Assembly (NCBI GenBank): GCA_030141605.1
Contig: JAQGDQ010000365.1
Location: forward strand, 36,505-100,504
Direction: 5' to 3'
Origin: Tubiluchus corallicola
Lineage: Eukaryota; Animalia; Priapulida
DNA length: 64,000 nt
Position numbers and translations under genes: made by a program. Every line of letters starts with the position of its first letter. Positions within the stretch are counted from its first letter, which is position 1. This document shows positions 10,016-21,283 of this stretch, piece by piece. A model generated the notes under the pieces. That model worked only from the letters and a program-made list of their open reading frames with translations, was not told the DNA's origin and ran no database searches.

Positions 10016-10993
10016 ATGAAAGAGAAAGATATTCGTATTGTCTTTATGGGCACGCCTGAGTTTGCTGTTGCTAGCCTTAAAGTTCTTGTTGAAGAAGGGC
10101 ATAATATTGTAGCAGTGGTTACTGCTGTAGATAAACCTGCAGGCAGAGGGGGTAAGTTGAGACAGTCGGCTGTTAAAGCTTATGCCGAACAACAAGGTCT
10201 AAGTGTCCTCCAGCCAAAGAACCTGAAAGCTCCCGAATTTATAGATGAGTTGAGAGAGTTAAATGCCCATTTGCAAATAGTGGTGGCATTTCGTATGCTC
10301 CCCGAAATAGTCTGGGACATGCCACCTATGGGGACGTTTAATTTACACGCTTCACTTCTTCCACAATACAGGGGGGCTGCTCCGTTAAACAGGGTAATAA
10401 TGAATGGAGAAAAGGAGTCTGGCGTTACAACATTCATGTTGTGTCATGAGATTGATACGGGAAATATTCTTTTTAGAGAGCGGGTTGATATTGCTCCGGA
10501 TGAAAATGTGGGGCAATTACACGATAAACTTATGAGTATTGGAGCAGGCCTGATAGTAAAAACCATTCATGCTATTGTCAATGGACTTGTCACCCCAATA
10601 TCCCAAAATGAACTTCTGAAAGGGAGCTCGGAGATAAAATATGCGCCTAAGATATATAGAGGCGACTGCAAGATAAAGTGGGACAGAGAAGGTGAAGCTA
10701 TATATAACCACATAAGAGGGTTAAGCCCTTACCCGGGCTCGTGGACAACATTAGTTTCTGAAGAAGAGTGCAAAAGCGTGGATATGAAAATATTCAACTC
10801 TTCGTTTGTAAGGCATAGCCACAGTCTTGCTCCCGGCACCATTGTTAATGATCATAAAGATGTGCTAAAGATCATGTGCTTAGATGGTTATTTGGAAATA
10901 AAAGACTTGCAGATTACCGGAAAGAAACGCATGAAGGCCGGTGAGTTTATGCGGGGGTTTCATAAGATATGCAATTATAATGCAATAACATAA
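10016..10993 (+). CDS. fmt: Methionyl-tRNA formyltransferase
   Basis: FMGTPEFA, NLHASLLPQYRGAAP. Confidence 0.95.
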   Translation: MKEKDIRIVFMGTPEFAVASLKVLVEEGHNIVAVVTAVDKPAGRGGKLRQSAVKAYAEQQGLSVLQPKNLKAPEFIDELRELNAHLQIVVAFRMLPEIVWDMPPMGTFNLHASLLPQYRGAAPLNRVIMNGEKESGVTTFMLCHEIDTGNILFRERVDIAPDENVGQLHDKLMSIGAGLIVKTIHAIVNGLVTPISQNELLKGSSEIKYAPKIYRGDCKIKWDREGEAIYNHIRGLSPYPGSWTTLVSEEECKSVDMKIFNSSFVRHSHSLAPGTIVNDHKDVLKIMCLDGYLEIKDLQITGKKRMKAGEFMRGFHKICNYNAIT

Positions 10994-11076
10994 ACAAAAA
11001 GTGCTTGAAATACTTGCGCTTAAGAGAAAAACAGTCTATATTTGTAAATAATAAGATTTATAATTTATTTAGCCTG

Positions 11077-11304
11077 ATGGAGATTATTAAATTAGTTTTG
11101 ATTGCAATAGCACTGATATCAGTATCTGTTTTCTTCTTAACCATACGTACTATTTTAAAAAAAGATGGTAAGTTTCCTGAAACACACGTAGGTAGGAATA
11201 AAGCATTGAGAAAATTAGGTATCGTGTGTGTAAAGTCTTTCGACGAGGCAGAGCAGCAAAAGGCGGCTAAAGAAAAAGAGCTAAAGAATCTAAGAATAGA
11301 ATAG
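11077..11304 (+). CDS. Small membrane-anchored hypothetical protein
   Basis: N-terminal TM helix then KKDGKFPETHVGRNKALRKLGIVC, resembling a conserved small Bacteroidota protein. Confidence 0.7.
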   Translation: MEIIKLVLIAIALISVSVFFLTIRTILKKDGKFPETHVGRNKALRKLGIVCVKSFDEAEQQKAAKEKELKNLRIE

Positions 11305-11492
11305 GAAAGTAGCTTTTCACACGCTATAAGCACCGCCTTCGCTAAAGGTTTTGTTATAATTCCAAACTCCTCGTTATTGGGTACGCCGTTTCTGTGCCAA
11401 ATATATTTTTCCATAATCTAGCAAGTTTAATTTCTCTTATTGATTTTATTGGTATATTCTCATTTTTTCTTGAATAGCAAAATAATATTGGA

Positions 11493-12803
11493 GTGAATAG
11501 AGAGATTCTGAGGCTTGCGATTCCTAATATAGTAACCAGCATTACAGTCCCGTTACTTAGCCTTGTTGATATGGCACTGATGGGGCATCTGGACTCCGAG
11601 GTTTATATAGGGGCTATCGCGCTTGGCGGGGTGGTATTTAACTTTTTATACTGGATGTTCAGTTTCTTGCGGATGGGGGCAAGCGGCTTTACTGCGCAGG
11701 CGTATGGGCAAAACAACAGAGAGGAGATACGTCTTCTGCTGGGACGCTCAATGTGCATTGCTGTGCTTTCGGGAATTTTGTTGATTATTCTTCAGCACCC
11801 TATCGCCTGGGTTGCATTTACACTTCTTGAAGGGAGCCCAGAGGTAAAAGCTCTTGCCGGAGAATATTTTTTTGTCAGGATATGGGCTGCACCTGCTACA
11901 ATAGGGCTATATAGCTTAACAGGATGGCTTATTGGTATGCAGAATGCCAAGATTCCTATGGCGATCGCACTCATTGTAAATGTTATAAATATAGTACTTA
12001 GCATGCTATTTGTCCTTGTTTTTAATATGCAGTCGGCAGGGGTTGCATTGAGTACCGTAATATCACAGTATGCAGGATTGTTTATAGGCATTGTATTTCT
12101 GGTGAAGCGCTTTAGAAAAGATCTTCCTCAGTCACTGCTTCAAAGCCTTTTAGACATTAAAGGGCTTAAGCGGTTTCTGTCCGTTAATGGCGATATTTTT
12201 ATACGTACTCTCTGTATTATAGGCGTTTTTACATTTTTCACTTCAAAGTCTGCCGGGACAGGAGACATTACCCTTGCAGTGAATTCCATATTGTTACAGT
12301 TTTTGATGTTTTTTTCTTTTTTTATGGATGGCTTTGCACATGCGGGAGAGGCTATTACCGGCAAATATTTTGGTGCTTTAAACAGAGGGCGGCTTATTCA
12401 TCTTATAAAAAACCTGTTTGGGTGGGGAGTATTTCTTGCTGTAGCCTACTCTACAGCTTACTTTTTTGCTGGAAATGTAATAGTGTCGCTACTGACTGAT
12501 AGTGCTCAGATTAAAGATCATATTTTGCCATTTCTGTGGTGGGCTGCTATAATTCCGCTAACCAGCTTTACTGCTTTTATATGGGATGGTATTTTTATTG
12601 GAGCTATAGCATCAAAAGGCATGCGAAATAGTATGCTGATAGCTACATTCCTATTGTTTATTCCCATCTATTACCTGCTACATGAGCGTTTGGGTAATCA
12701 TGCCCTGTGGCTTGCTATAAATATCTTCTTTTTTGGCAGAGGGGTGCTTCAAACGCTAATGGCCCGAACACATATATACAATAGGTTACCTTTAAAGGGG
12801 TAA
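11493..12803 (+). CDS. MATE family efflux transporter (DinF-like)
   Basis: LAIPNIVTSITVPLL, FLRMG, about 12 TM segments. Confidence 0.9.
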   Translation: MNREILRLAIPNIVTSITVPLLSLVDMALMGHLDSEVYIGAIALGGVVFNFLYWMFSFLRMGASGFTAQAYGQNNREEIRLLLGRSMCIAVLSGILLIILQHPIAWVAFTLLEGSPEVKALAGEYFFVRIWAAPATIGLYSLTGWLIGMQNAKIPMAIALIVNVINIVLSMLFVLVFNMQSAGVALSTVISQYAGLFIGIVFLVKRFRKDLPQSLLQSLLDIKGLKRFLSVNGDIFIRTLCIIGVFTFFTSKSAGTGDITLAVNSILLQFLMFFSFFMDGFAHAGEAITGKYFGALNRGRLIHLIKNLFGWGVFLAVAYSTAYFFAGNVIVSLLTDSAQIKDHILPFLWWAAIIPLTSFTAFIWDGIFIGAIASKGMRNSMLIATFLLFIPIYYLLHERLGNHALWLAINIFFFGRGVLQTLMARTHIYNRLPLKG

Positions 12804-12870
12804 ATTCAGTAATTATCCTGTTTTGACGTCAACCCGCAGAGTATGAGCCCTTTGCTGGAAGGTGCATTTT

Positions 12871-12997
12871 GAAACACTTGCAACCCCCATCTTTCTATTA
12901 ATGCTTTGTCAAAACCTTCATTTATGTCGGTAAGCTGCGGTTTTCACTAAAGCTTTTCCTCAATTTGAGTCAATTTACTTTGTTTTGCAAAGGCTTC
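12871..12997 (+). mobile_element. MITE copy, short form
   Basis: GAAACACTTGCAA...TTTGTCAAAACCTTCATTT...TTGCAAAGGCTTC. Confidence 0.75.
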
Positions 12998-13146
12998 ATC
13001 ATATGCCAATTATGATGTTTAGACACTTTCTTGAAATCTGGGAAAAAGGTACTTGTTAAAGGACAAGAGTGTTATATTTTTTTAGTAGCTTTGACACAGC
13101 ACAATTGATGTTTTATTATTTCTGGAAACTAAATAATTTATTTGTT

Positions 13147-13599
13147 ATGGCAGTGAACAAAGCAATCTTACTAGGGAATGTTGGTAAAGATCCTGAGATC
13201 CGGCATCTTGACAACGGTGTTTCTGTTGCTAATTTCACATTGGCAACATCAGAAACGTACACAAATAAAAGTGGAGAAAGAGTAACGAATACTGAGTGGC
13301 ATAACATTGTGTGCTGGAGGGGGCTGGCAACGTTAGCAGAAAACTATATAAAGAAGGGACGCCAGCTTTATGTTGAGGGTAGGCTTAGAACCCGCTCGTA
13401 TGATGGCCAGGACGGCTCAAAAAGATATGTGACAGAAGTTTTTGCAGATGTTGTCCGGCTTTTAGGACGCAAAGATGGTGATACATCTATTGACCAGGGT
13501 AGTAATACAGGTAAGAGCGAGACCGACAATTTACGAGAGGAAGAAGAGCAGTATCAGCAAGTGGATCCTGGCAATAATGGAGATGACTTGCCTTTTTGA
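13147..13599 (+). CDS. ssb: Single-stranded DNA-binding protein
   Basis: VNKAILLGNVGKDPE, TEWHNIV, C-terminal DDLPF. Confidence 0.97.
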   Translation: MAVNKAILLGNVGKDPEIRHLDNGVSVANFTLATSETYTNKSGERVTNTEWHNIVCWRGLATLAENYIKKGRQLYVEGRLRTRSYDGQDGSKRYVTEVFADVVRLLGRKDGDTSIDQGSNTGKSETDNLREEEEQYQQVDPGNNGDDLPF

Positions 13600-13617
13600 T
13601 AATTTAATTTTACAAAT

Positions 13618-14976
13618 TTGGACGTAGGTTTGGGTTTTATATCGGGAGCCTTGGGGAACATAGATATATACCCTTTTTCAGTGAAAGTCTTTGTCGGACT
13701 TTTGGTGTTGATAATTCTCATAATTTTCTCTGCGCTGATTTCTGGCTCAGAGGTGGCATTTTTCTCTCTTGAGCCCGGAGATATACATGAACTTAAGAAG
13801 AGTAAAAGAAGTTCTGCCGGCAGAGTATTAAAGCTATTGTCTATACCAGAGAGGTTGTTGGCTACAATATTGATAAGTAATAACTTCATCAATATCTCTA
13901 TTGTTATTATTGCATCATATATTGCAAACTCTATTGTCGATTTAAGTCAGACACCTACAGTTGAGTTTGTCTTGAAGACTATTGTCATCACTTTTTTACT
14001 ACTGCTTTTTGGTGAAATTATTCCGAAAGTTTATGCTACACACTACTCTAAGCTGTTTGCAACAAAAATGTCAGGCTTTCTTATTGCAACAGAGAGAGTA
14101 TTTAGGCCAGTCAATCATATCTTGATTGCTTTTACATCGTTTTCAAACAGGCGGTTACAAAAGTACCAAAAGAATATCTCTGTTGATGATTTATCGAAAG
14201 CCCTTAAGCTCACGGATCAGTCTGAGATATATGAAGATAAGGAGATACTGGAGGGCATTGTAAAGTTTGGGAACAAGAGTGTGAATGAGATAATGTGTTC
14301 GCGTATTGATGTTATGGCTCTTGAGATACAATCGGACTTTGCAACTGTACTTAAGCTGATTAATAAAACCGGTTATTCAAGAATACCTGTGTACACCAAA
14401 ACTTTTGATAATGTGGAGGGTATACTGTACATAAAAGATTTGCTTCCTCATATAAACAAGAAAGGTTCATTCAGATGGCAGGCCTTGATACGTTCTCCAT
14501 TTTTTGTTCCAGAGACAAAAAAGATAGACGATTTGCTGGAAGAGTTTCAAAAGTCAAAAATACATATGGCAGTTGTGGTGGATGAGTATGGTGGGACATC
14601 AGGTATAGTAACGCTGGAGGATGTTCTCGAAGAGGTTGTAGGGGATATTGCAGACGAGTTTGATTATGATAAGCAGGAATTTTATACAAAGATCGGGAAT
14701 AATGAGTTTATTTTTGACGGGAAAACAATGCTCAATGATTTCTATAAAGTTGTAGGCTGTAGTGATAATGTATTTGATGAGGTAAAGGGTGATGCAGATA
14801 CTTTAGCCGGTCTTATTCTTGAGATGAAGGGGGAGATTCCCAAGCGAAATGAAAGGATAGAGCACAAGAATTTTAAGTTCCGTGTAGAGGGTGTCGATTC
14901 CAGAAGGATAACAAAAATAAGAGTTCTGGTAAGGAATTGGCAAAAAATGGAACAAAAGCAGAGTAGGAAAGGATAA
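13618..14976 (+). CDS. gldE: Gliding motility-associated CNNM/CBS protein GldE
   Basis: SGSEVAFFSL, FGEIIPK, CBS pair, VVVDEYGGTSG; ssb-gldE-gldD order. Confidence 0.85.
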   Translation: MDVGLGFISGALGNIDIYPFSVKVFVGLLVLIILIIFSALISGSEVAFFSLEPGDIHELKKSKRSSAGRVLKLLSIPERLLATILISNNFINISIVIIASYIANSIVDLSQTPTVEFVLKTIVITFLLLLFGEIIPKVYATHYSKLFATKMSGFLIATERVFRPVNHILIAFTSFSNRRLQKYQKNISVDDLSKALKLTDQSEIYEDKEILEGIVKFGNKSVNEIMCSRIDVMALEIQSDFATVLKLINKTGYSRIPVYTKTFDNVEGILYIKDLLPHINKKGSFRWQALIRSPFFVPETKKIDDLLEEFQKSKIHMAVVVDEYGGTSGIVTLEDVLEEVVGDIADEFDYDKQEFYTKIGNNEFIFDGKTMLNDFYKVVGCSDNVFDEVKGDADTLAGLILEMKGEIPKRNERIEHKNFKFRVEGVDSRRITKIRVLVRNWQKMEQKQSRKG

Positions 14977-14981
14977 GAAGA

Positions 14982-15569
14982 ATGACATTTAGGGATAAAG
15001 TTTTTTACATCATTATAATATTTCCTGCGCTGATGCTTATGTGTGCGTGTGAAAGGAACTACACTCCAAAGCCACGTGCATTTTACAGGATTACTTTTCC
15101 TGAGAAAAGCTACAAGAATCTCAATTACGAGCTCCCGTACTCTTTTGATATACCTGTATATTCATATGTAGAGCATGTAGATGGATACCACTCTGAGCCG
15201 TTTTGGCTAACAGTGAAAATACCGGATAATAAGGCGGAGATACATATTAGTTACAAGGAGGTTGATAATAATTTGGCTGTGCTAACAGAGGAGTCCAGGT
15301 CGTTGGTGTACAAACACTCAGCAAAGTCCAGTGCGATTGGCGAGCGAATTTTCATTAATGACAGCGAAAAAGTATACGGTATTTTGTATACCATTAAAGG
15401 TAACGCTGCGTCATTGATGCAGTTTTATCTTACCGATAGTGTCAGGCATTTTTTACGTGGGGCATTGTATATAAGAGCAATTCCAAATATTGACAGTTTA
15501 AGGCCTGTTATCAGCTTCTTAGAAGAAGATATGATCAGAATGATGGAGACGGTTGAATGGAAAAACTAG
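14982..15569 (+). CDS. gldD: Gliding motility lipoprotein GldD
   Basis: Lipobox Cys then YTPKPRAFYRI; GNAAS..QFYLTDS..HFLRGALY. Confidence 0.9.
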   Translation: MTFRDKVFYIIIIFPALMLMCACERNYTPKPRAFYRITFPEKSYKNLNYELPYSFDIPVYSYVEHVDGYHSEPFWLTVKIPDNKAEIHISYKEVDNNLAVLTEESRSLVYKHSAKSSAIGERIFINDSEKVYGILYTIKGNAASLMQFYLTDSVRHFLRGALYIRAIPNIDSLRPVISFLEEDMIRMMETVEWKN

Positions 15570-15572
15570 ATA

Positions 15573-16220
15573 ATGCCTTTAAGCTATATTAAGAAGATAG
15601 ATAGCGGGTTTATTGGTGTATGGAAAATAGGTGAGAGTCTTGATGAGCTTCTCCGCTTGGCTGATCTTACATTTAAAGATGAAGAGAAGCTTTCTAAGAT
15701 AACCAATATACAGCGCAAGCGCGAATGGCTGGCTTCTCGCGTTCTATTGGATAGAGTGTTGGGGATGAAAGTGGTGATAGGGTATAAGTCCAATGGCTCT
15801 CCTTTTCTTCAAAACGCCTCTTTTAATATTAGTATTTCCCATTCTGCGGATTTTGCTGCGATAGTGCTACATAAAAAATACATTCCAGGCTTAGATATAG
15901 AAAGAGTTACCCGCCCGGTCGGGAATATTGCTTCCCGCTTTATGTCTCAATATGAGTTGGCTTCATATGAGTTGGATGAGAAAAAGCAGGATGTTAATAA
16001 ACTGCTTATTTACTGGTGTGCTAAGGAGGCTGTGTTTAAGATGCTCCATCGTTTGGAAGTAAATTTTTCAGAGCAAATAGAGGTGCTCCCTTTTAAAGTA
16101 GAGGGGAATAATGGGAGTTTGAGAGCTTTTTACAAAAGAGGGAATTCCAGGTATGAAGTTGAGCTTCATTATAGTTTTGTTGAGGATAACATTATGGTTT
16201 GGGGAGTGAGATGCTTCTAA
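15573..16220 (+). CDS. 4'-phosphopantetheinyl transferase (Sfp-like)
   Basis: ISISHS, GLDIE, WCAKEAVFK. Confidence 0.85.
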   Translation: MPLSYIKKIDSGFIGVWKIGESLDELLRLADLTFKDEEKLSKITNIQRKREWLASRVLLDRVLGMKVVIGYKSNGSPFLQNASFNISISHSADFAAIVLHKKYIPGLDIERVTRPVGNIASRFMSQYELASYELDEKKQDVNKLLIYWCAKEAVFKMLHRLEVNFSEQIEVLPFKVEGNNGSLRAFYKRGNSRYEVELHYSFVEDNIMVWGVRCF

Positions 16221-16300
16221 AATGTTATTATACAGGTAGAGCTCTTTCAGTACAGATATTTTATGGTGTTTTATGCAGATAAAGTAGCGGATTGGCTGCT

Positions 16301-16348
16301 GAGGTTTTCGCAAGGTGTTATATTTTACCCCAGATTGAGCATAATTCT
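16301..16348 (-). mobile_element. MITE right-end fragment, reverse orientation
   Basis: Reverse complement reads CTCAATCTGGGGTAAAATATAACACCTTGCGAAAACCTC, matching the right end. Confidence 0.55.
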
Positions 16349-16393
16349 TTACTTTTGTGGTTCTTGTTTAAAGAGATATACATTTTATCGCAG

Positions 16394-17764
16394 ATGATAC
16401 AAAAACTTTCAATTCCAAAAGGGACTCGGGACTTTTCTCCTGTTGAAATGGTGAACAGGAACTATATATTTAATACTATTAAAGATGTTTTTTCCATGTA
16501 TGGTTTTCAGCCAATTGAAACACCTGCGATGGAGAACCTTTCAACGCTGATGGGGAAGTATGGGGAGGAGGGGGACAGGCTTCTTTTCAGGATTCTCAAT
16601 TCCGGAGATTTTATGTCCAAGGTGGGAGAAGAGGAGCTGTGTGAGTGCAATTCAGCAAAACTGGCAGGCAAAATCTCTGAAAAGGGGTTGAGGTATGACC
16701 TTACAGTGCCTTTTGCCCGGTATGTGGCTCAGCATCGCAATGACATTGTGTTTCCGTTCAGGCGCTATCAGATACAACCTGTATGGAGAGCTGATCGCCC
16801 ACAGAAGGGGCGTTATCGCGAGTTTTACCAGTGTGATGTTGATATTATTGGCTCCAACTCACTTCTGAATGAGGTAGAGCTTATACAAGTTGCGGGTGAG
16901 GTTTTTAGAAGGCTGAAGTTAGATGTGGCGATAAAGCTGAACAATAGAAAGATACTTACAGGGATTGTTGAAACAATTGGTGAAGAGAGTCGAATTACGG
17001 ATATTATTGTAGCGATAGATAAGTTGCCAAAGATAGGGATTGAGAAGGTTAAGGAAGAGCTTGCGGCAAAGAGTATATCCAAGGCGGGCATTGAGAAGCT
17101 GCAGCCTATACTCAATATAGGCGGGACAAATGAGGAGAGGTTACGAGATATTGAGAAGGCTATTTCTGGCTCAAAAATAGGAGCCCAGGGGGTGAGTGAG
17201 GTAAGGGGTATTTTAGAATATGTTGATAACCTACCTGTTGGTTCAAGTCTGGAGGTTGACTTTACATTGGCCCGTGGGCTTAATTATTATACGGGGGCTA
17301 TTTTTGAGGTCGTTTCTAAAGATGTTGAGATAGGTTCTATCACCGGAGGCGGGCGCTACGATAATCTGACTGGTATATTCGGGCTCCCGGATGTTTCAGG
17401 AGTTGGAATATCGTTTGGAGCAGATCGCATATATGATGTTATGAGCCAACTTGATATTTTTACGAAAGAGAGTGTAGTTGCAAGCAGGGTGATGTTTGTG
17501 AACTTTGGTGCAGAGGAAGAGAAATACTGCCTTTCTGTTCTTTCTAAGTTACGTGCTGCGGGGATAAGTGGGGAGCTGTATCCTGAGGCGGCAAAGATGA
17601 AAAAGCAGATGAGTTATGCCAATCGGAAAGGAGTTCTTTTTGTAGCTCTTGCAGGCAGCTCTGAGATGGAGGAGGACACTGTTACTTTAAAAAATATGAA
17701 AACAGGCGAGCAGTTAAAAGTTACACCTGACGAGATTGTGCATGCCATAATGAAGCATGCGTAA
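16394..17764 (+). CDS. hisS: Histidine--tRNA ligase
   Basis: [48 protein letters not shown]. Confidence 0.97.
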   Translation: MIQKLSIPKGTRDFSPVEMVNRNYIFNTIKDVFSMYGFQPIETPAMENLSTLMGKYGEEGDRLLFRILNSGDFMSKVGEEELCECNSAKLAGKISEKGLRYDLTVPFARYVAQHRNDIVFPFRRYQIQPVWRADRPQKGRYREFYQCDVDIIGSNSLLNEVELIQVAGEVFRRLKLDVAIKLNNRKILTGIVETIGEESRITDIIVAIDKLPKIGIEKVKEELAAKSISKAGIEKLQPILNIGGTNEERLRDIEKAISGSKIGAQGVSEVRGILEYVDNLPVGSSLEVDFTLARGLNYYTGAIFEVVSKDVEIGSITGGGRYDNLTGIFGLPDVSGVGISFGADRIYDVMSQLDIFTKESVVASRVMFVNFGAEEEKYCLSVLSKLRAAGISGELYPEAAKMKKQMSYANRKGVLFVALAGSSEMEEDTVTLKNMKTGEQLKVTPDEIVHAIMKHA

Positions 17765-17791
17765 GCTTTAGGGTGAATCTTTCTTGTGCTT

Positions 17792-18253
17792 CTACTGCTT
17801 TTTCTCCCGCCCTCTGTACTCTTTCACAAGGTGCGACCTGAATTTACCCTCAATGATATGAATAAGAGCAGCTTTGTAGGGAGTCAGTATCTCTTTAAAC
17901 TTTTTGTTATAAGATATCACTAATTCCGCCTCTTTCATCTGCAGGTTGGCTAGATGATCAGGAATATCCAATAACTCTTTTTCATTCAGTTTTTTAATAT
18001 TATCACCACTACATTTTTCCCACAACTCCCTTCTCTCTTTGTGGAGCTCAATTCTCTCTTTTTCCAGTTGATTATACACTGGCCAGAACTTTTCTGCCTC
18101 CTCAGGCGTCAGGTCCATTTTTTCTGTTATGAACGCTATTTTTTTAGATTTATACAAATCCATGTCCAGCCGTCCCTTTTTTGTGTGCTGGGCAAAAGAG
18201 TAATGGCTTACAAGCAATAGGGTGATCGATATAAAGCATTTAAACATAGTCAC
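17792..18253 (-). CDS. Periplasmic helical protein (Spy/CpxP-like) associated with ECF sigma factor
   Basis: Signal peptide, KIAFITEKMDLTPEEAEKFWPVYN; third gene of ECF operon. Confidence 0.7.
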   Translation of the reverse strand: MTMFKCFISITLLLVSHYSFAQHTKKGRLDMDLYKSKKIAFITEKMDLTPEEAEKFWPVYNQLEKERIELHKERRELWEKCSGDNIKKLNEKELLDIPDHLANLQMKEAELVISYNKKFKEILTPYKAALIHIIEGKFRSHLVKEYRGREKKQ

Positions 18254-18274
18254 TAAAATTAAGCTATTTTGTTA

Positions 18275-18760
18275 TTATTCCCAAATAATTTCATAGTCAG
18301 AAAAGTTTAAAGAGATGTATTTCTCAAGATCGGCTGAGGCAAATTCCTGCTGTTGTGTTCTCCATTCGTCCATTATCGCCAAGAACTGGCATTCGGAGAG
18401 CATCTCTTTGCAATATTCTGCATACAGGTTGTTGTGGAGTGTGTCGGGAACAGGAGTGCCTGCGTAGTAGTATCTGTTATAAGTTTGACCAAAAGGCAGG
18501 CTGAGGATTGTAATAAAGCTGGAGAGCATGATGAAAATGATAAGAGCACGCCCAAGGTTAGCGGTTTTCCACTTTAGCCAGGAAGGCGTTAAATGTACCA
18601 ACCAATCCAGCAGTCCTGTTTTGGCCCTGGTGCTGTGTTCTTCTCTAACGCGATCTTTCAATACTTCAGAGAAAGAATCAAAATACCCTTCCGGCACCTG
18701 AAATGGGGCCTCTTTTTTAATGTCGGAGAGAGTAACTCTTTTTTTGTTATGTGTCATCAC
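18275..18760 (-). CDS. Putative anti-sigma factor (single TM)
   Basis: PFQVPEGYFD motif, one TM helix, directly downstream of ECF sigma. Confidence 0.65.
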   Translation of the reverse strand: MMTHNKKRVTLSDIKKEAPFQVPEGYFDSFSEVLKDRVREEHSTRAKTGLLDWLVHLTPSWLKWKTANLGRALIIFIMLSSFITILSLPFGQTYNRYYYAGTPVPDTLHNNLYAEYCKEMLSECQFLAIMDEWRTQQQEFASADLEKYISLNFSDYEIIWE

Positions 18761-18816
18761 TAATAAGTCTTTACGAGTAGTTAGTTGATTATTTGACTAT
18801 TTACAGCTCTATAGGT

Positions 18817-19362
18817 TTAAACTTCATTAAGATATTTCTCAATTTTTTTTACTGCATGGTGATATGATGCCTTAAGTGCACCTATAGATGTGTCAAGTGC
18901 TGCTGCCATATCTTCATATTTTATATTATCAAAGTATTTCATGTTAAAAACCACTCTCTGCTTGTCAGGCAGCTTCAGTATTGCCTGCTGCAACTTCACT
19001 TGTATTTCGTCTCCAGAAAAATACTCATCACTTTTGAGTGTGCCCGCGAGGTGCTCGCTGGTGTCATTTATAGGCAAAAATGCCTTTTTTTTTCGATGTT
19101 GTAAAAGGCTTAATGCTTCATTGGTGGCGATACGGTAGAGCCAGGTAAAGAGAGAGGAGTCCTCCCTGAAGCTGTTTATGTTTTTCCATACTTTTACGAA
19201 TGTGTTTTGCAGGGCGTCGTCTGCGTCTTCATGAATAATCACAATTTTCCGTATATGCCAATAGAGGCGTTCCTGATATGTTTTCACCAGTATGTGAAAG
19301 GCGAGATCTTTTTTCCCCTCTGTTTTTAAATCTTTAATTAAGTTTTTTTCGTTAGCCTGCAT
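18817..19362 (-). CDS. ECF RNA polymerase sigma factor
   Basis: DADDALQNTFVKVW, TWLYRIATN, region 4 HTH. Confidence 0.93.
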   Translation of the reverse strand: MQANEKNLIKDLKTEGKKDLAFHILVKTYQERLYWHIRKIVIIHEDADDALQNTFVKVWKNINSFREDSSLFTWLYRIATNEALSLLQHRKKKAFLPINDTSEHLAGTLKSDEYFSGDEIQVKLQQAILKLPDKQRVVFNMKYFDNIKYEDMAAALDTSIGALKASYHHAVKKIEKYLNEV

Positions 19363-19385
19363 ATTTTTGCTTACGTACAGATATC

Positions 19386-19505
19386 AAGATCTTTGCAAAA
19401 TTCATCTTTTTATTAATATTTCTGTCAAAATCCTCATTTATATTATATAAGCAAACTGTGTTTTTCCTCAGTCTGAACCAAAGTCTATTGTTTTGCAAAG
19501 ATCCC
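19386..19505 (+). mobile_element. MITE copy, short form, perfect 13-bp inverted repeat
   Basis: GATCTTTGCAAAA at 19388-19400 and TTTTGCAAAGATC at 19491-19503. Confidence 0.85.
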
Positions 19506-19731
19506 GTGCTACTTACTATCTTATCTGACTGCATGTTTTATAAAAGGTTTAAAGAAGGAGATAAGTAAGTTCAGTTAAAGCATAGCGTTTGCCTGTCTGG
19601 GGAGGTATTGATGCCGCTAAGTTTAAGATAAGGGAGCGTAACATTAAAAAATATGGTGAATATTTCTACTTGTGGTGTTTCAAACGCTGAAAGTAGTAAA
19701 TTTGCCCACGTTTTTAAAATTACAAGGAGTC

Positions 19732-20832
19732 ATGGCGCTACAATGTGGAATTGTTGGTCTGCCTAATGTAGGTAAGTCAACTATATTTAACTGTTTATCA
19801 AATGCTAGGGCGCAGTCTGCAAATTTCCCTTTTTGCACTATTGAGCCTAATGTGGGGGTTATTACGGTACCGGACAAGCGATTGATAGAGCTTGAGAGGA
19901 TTGATAAGCCGAAGAGGGTTGTTCCCACTACAATTGAGATAGTAGATATTGCGGGTCTTGTGAAAGGAGCCAGCAAAGGAGAAGGCTTAGGGAATCAGTT
20001 TCTAGCAAATATTCGTGAGGTTGATGCTATTATCCATGTTCTTCGCTGTTTTGAAGATGATAATGTTGCTCATGTAGATGGTTCGGTAGACCCTGCAAGG
20101 GATAAGGGTATTATTGATACAGAGCTTCAGCTCAAGGATCTTGAAACGGTGGAAAGCAGGATTATAAAGCTCACAAAGCAGGTAAAGGCGGGGAGTGACA
20201 AGGAGTCGCAGAGGGCACTTGGTGTTGCAGAGAGGATAAAAGAGTCGTTGGAGTCAGGTATGTCTGTGAGGGCTATTGAGTTTTCTGAAAGCGAGCAAAA
20301 AGTAGCAGACAGCTTTTTTTTGCTGACGAGTAAGCCTATTTTGTATGTGTGTAATGTTGACGAGCCCAATGCTGTGCTGGGTAATGAGTTTTCAAAAAAG
20401 GTTATAGAGCTTGTAAAAGATGAGCAGGCAGAGGTTATGGTAATTGCTGCTGCTGCCGAGGCTGAAATAGCGGAGCTGGAGACTTTTGAAGAGAAGCAAA
20501 TGTTTCTTAAAGACATTGGGCTTGATGAGCCTGGAGCCAATCGACTTATACATTCAGCATATAAGCTACTTAAGCTCGAAACATATTTTACTACCGGAGC
20601 TGACGAGAGTCGTGCGTGGACTTTTGTTAAGGGGACAAAAGCTCCTCAGGCAGCCGGGATAATCCATACTGATTTTGAAAAAGGGTTTATTAGGGCTGAG
20701 GTCATTAAATTTGATGATTATGTAAGCTTGGGTTCAGAGGCTGCATGTCGTGATGTCGGAAAAGTTTCTGTAGAGGGGAAAGAGTATGTGGTTCAGGATG
20801 GAGATATTATGCATTTTCGGTTCAATGTATAA
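19732..20832 (+). CDS. ychF: Redox-regulated ATPase YchF
   Basis: GIVGLPNVGKST, NFPFCTIEPN, DIAGLVKGAS, C-terminal FRFNV. Confidence 0.97.
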   Translation: MALQCGIVGLPNVGKSTIFNCLSNARAQSANFPFCTIEPNVGVITVPDKRLIELERIDKPKRVVPTTIEIVDIAGLVKGASKGEGLGNQFLANIREVDAIIHVLRCFEDDNVAHVDGSVDPARDKGIIDTELQLKDLETVESRIIKLTKQVKAGSDKESQRALGVAERIKESLESGMSVRAIEFSESEQKVADSFFLLTSKPILYVCNVDEPNAVLGNEFSKKVIELVKDEQAEVMVIAAAAEAEIAELETFEEKQMFLKDIGLDEPGANRLIHSAYKLLKLETYFTTGADESRAWTFVKGTKAPQAAGIIHTDFEKGFIRAEVIKFDDYVSLGSEAACRDVGKVSVEGKEYVVQDGDIMHFRFNV

Positions 20833-20886
20833 TTGTTTTGGTTCTAGTCTTTGGTCTATCAACGGCTTTTTATTAAATATATGGAT

Positions 20887-21014
20887 GCCTCTTTGCAAGG
20901 CAGTAGTATTTTTGTCAAGATCCTTTTCAAAATCTTTGCTTGTGCTGATAAAGGAGTGGTTTTCATCGAATTTTACCCAACCCAAGTCCAAATCTTTCGC
21001 TTTGTAAAAGTCTT
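20887..21014 (+). mobile_element. MITE copy, long form
   Basis: CTTTGCAAGG...TTTGTCAAGATCCTTTTCAAAATC...CTTTCGCTTTGTAAAAGTCTT. Confidence 0.75.
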
Positions 21015-21283
21015 GCTGGCTAAAGCTTTCAAGAGCCTTTTTTGAAGATGCTGTGCTTAATTGTTTGTGCCGTAGGAGTCTTGCCTGTAACTACCAGGTT
21101 TTTTAGGGTGTTATTGCCTATTACGCTCTCATTTTTCAATCGCAAGGTAAAAAACAACATGAATTTTGTTCTAAGACTTTTTTTTTGTATCTTACTCTCA
21201 ATTCTAATACGTGTATTTTTAAGCTGACTAACTTCTCTAACTGACTGTTGAAAATTGAGTTATAAACTAATAAAATTACAGTT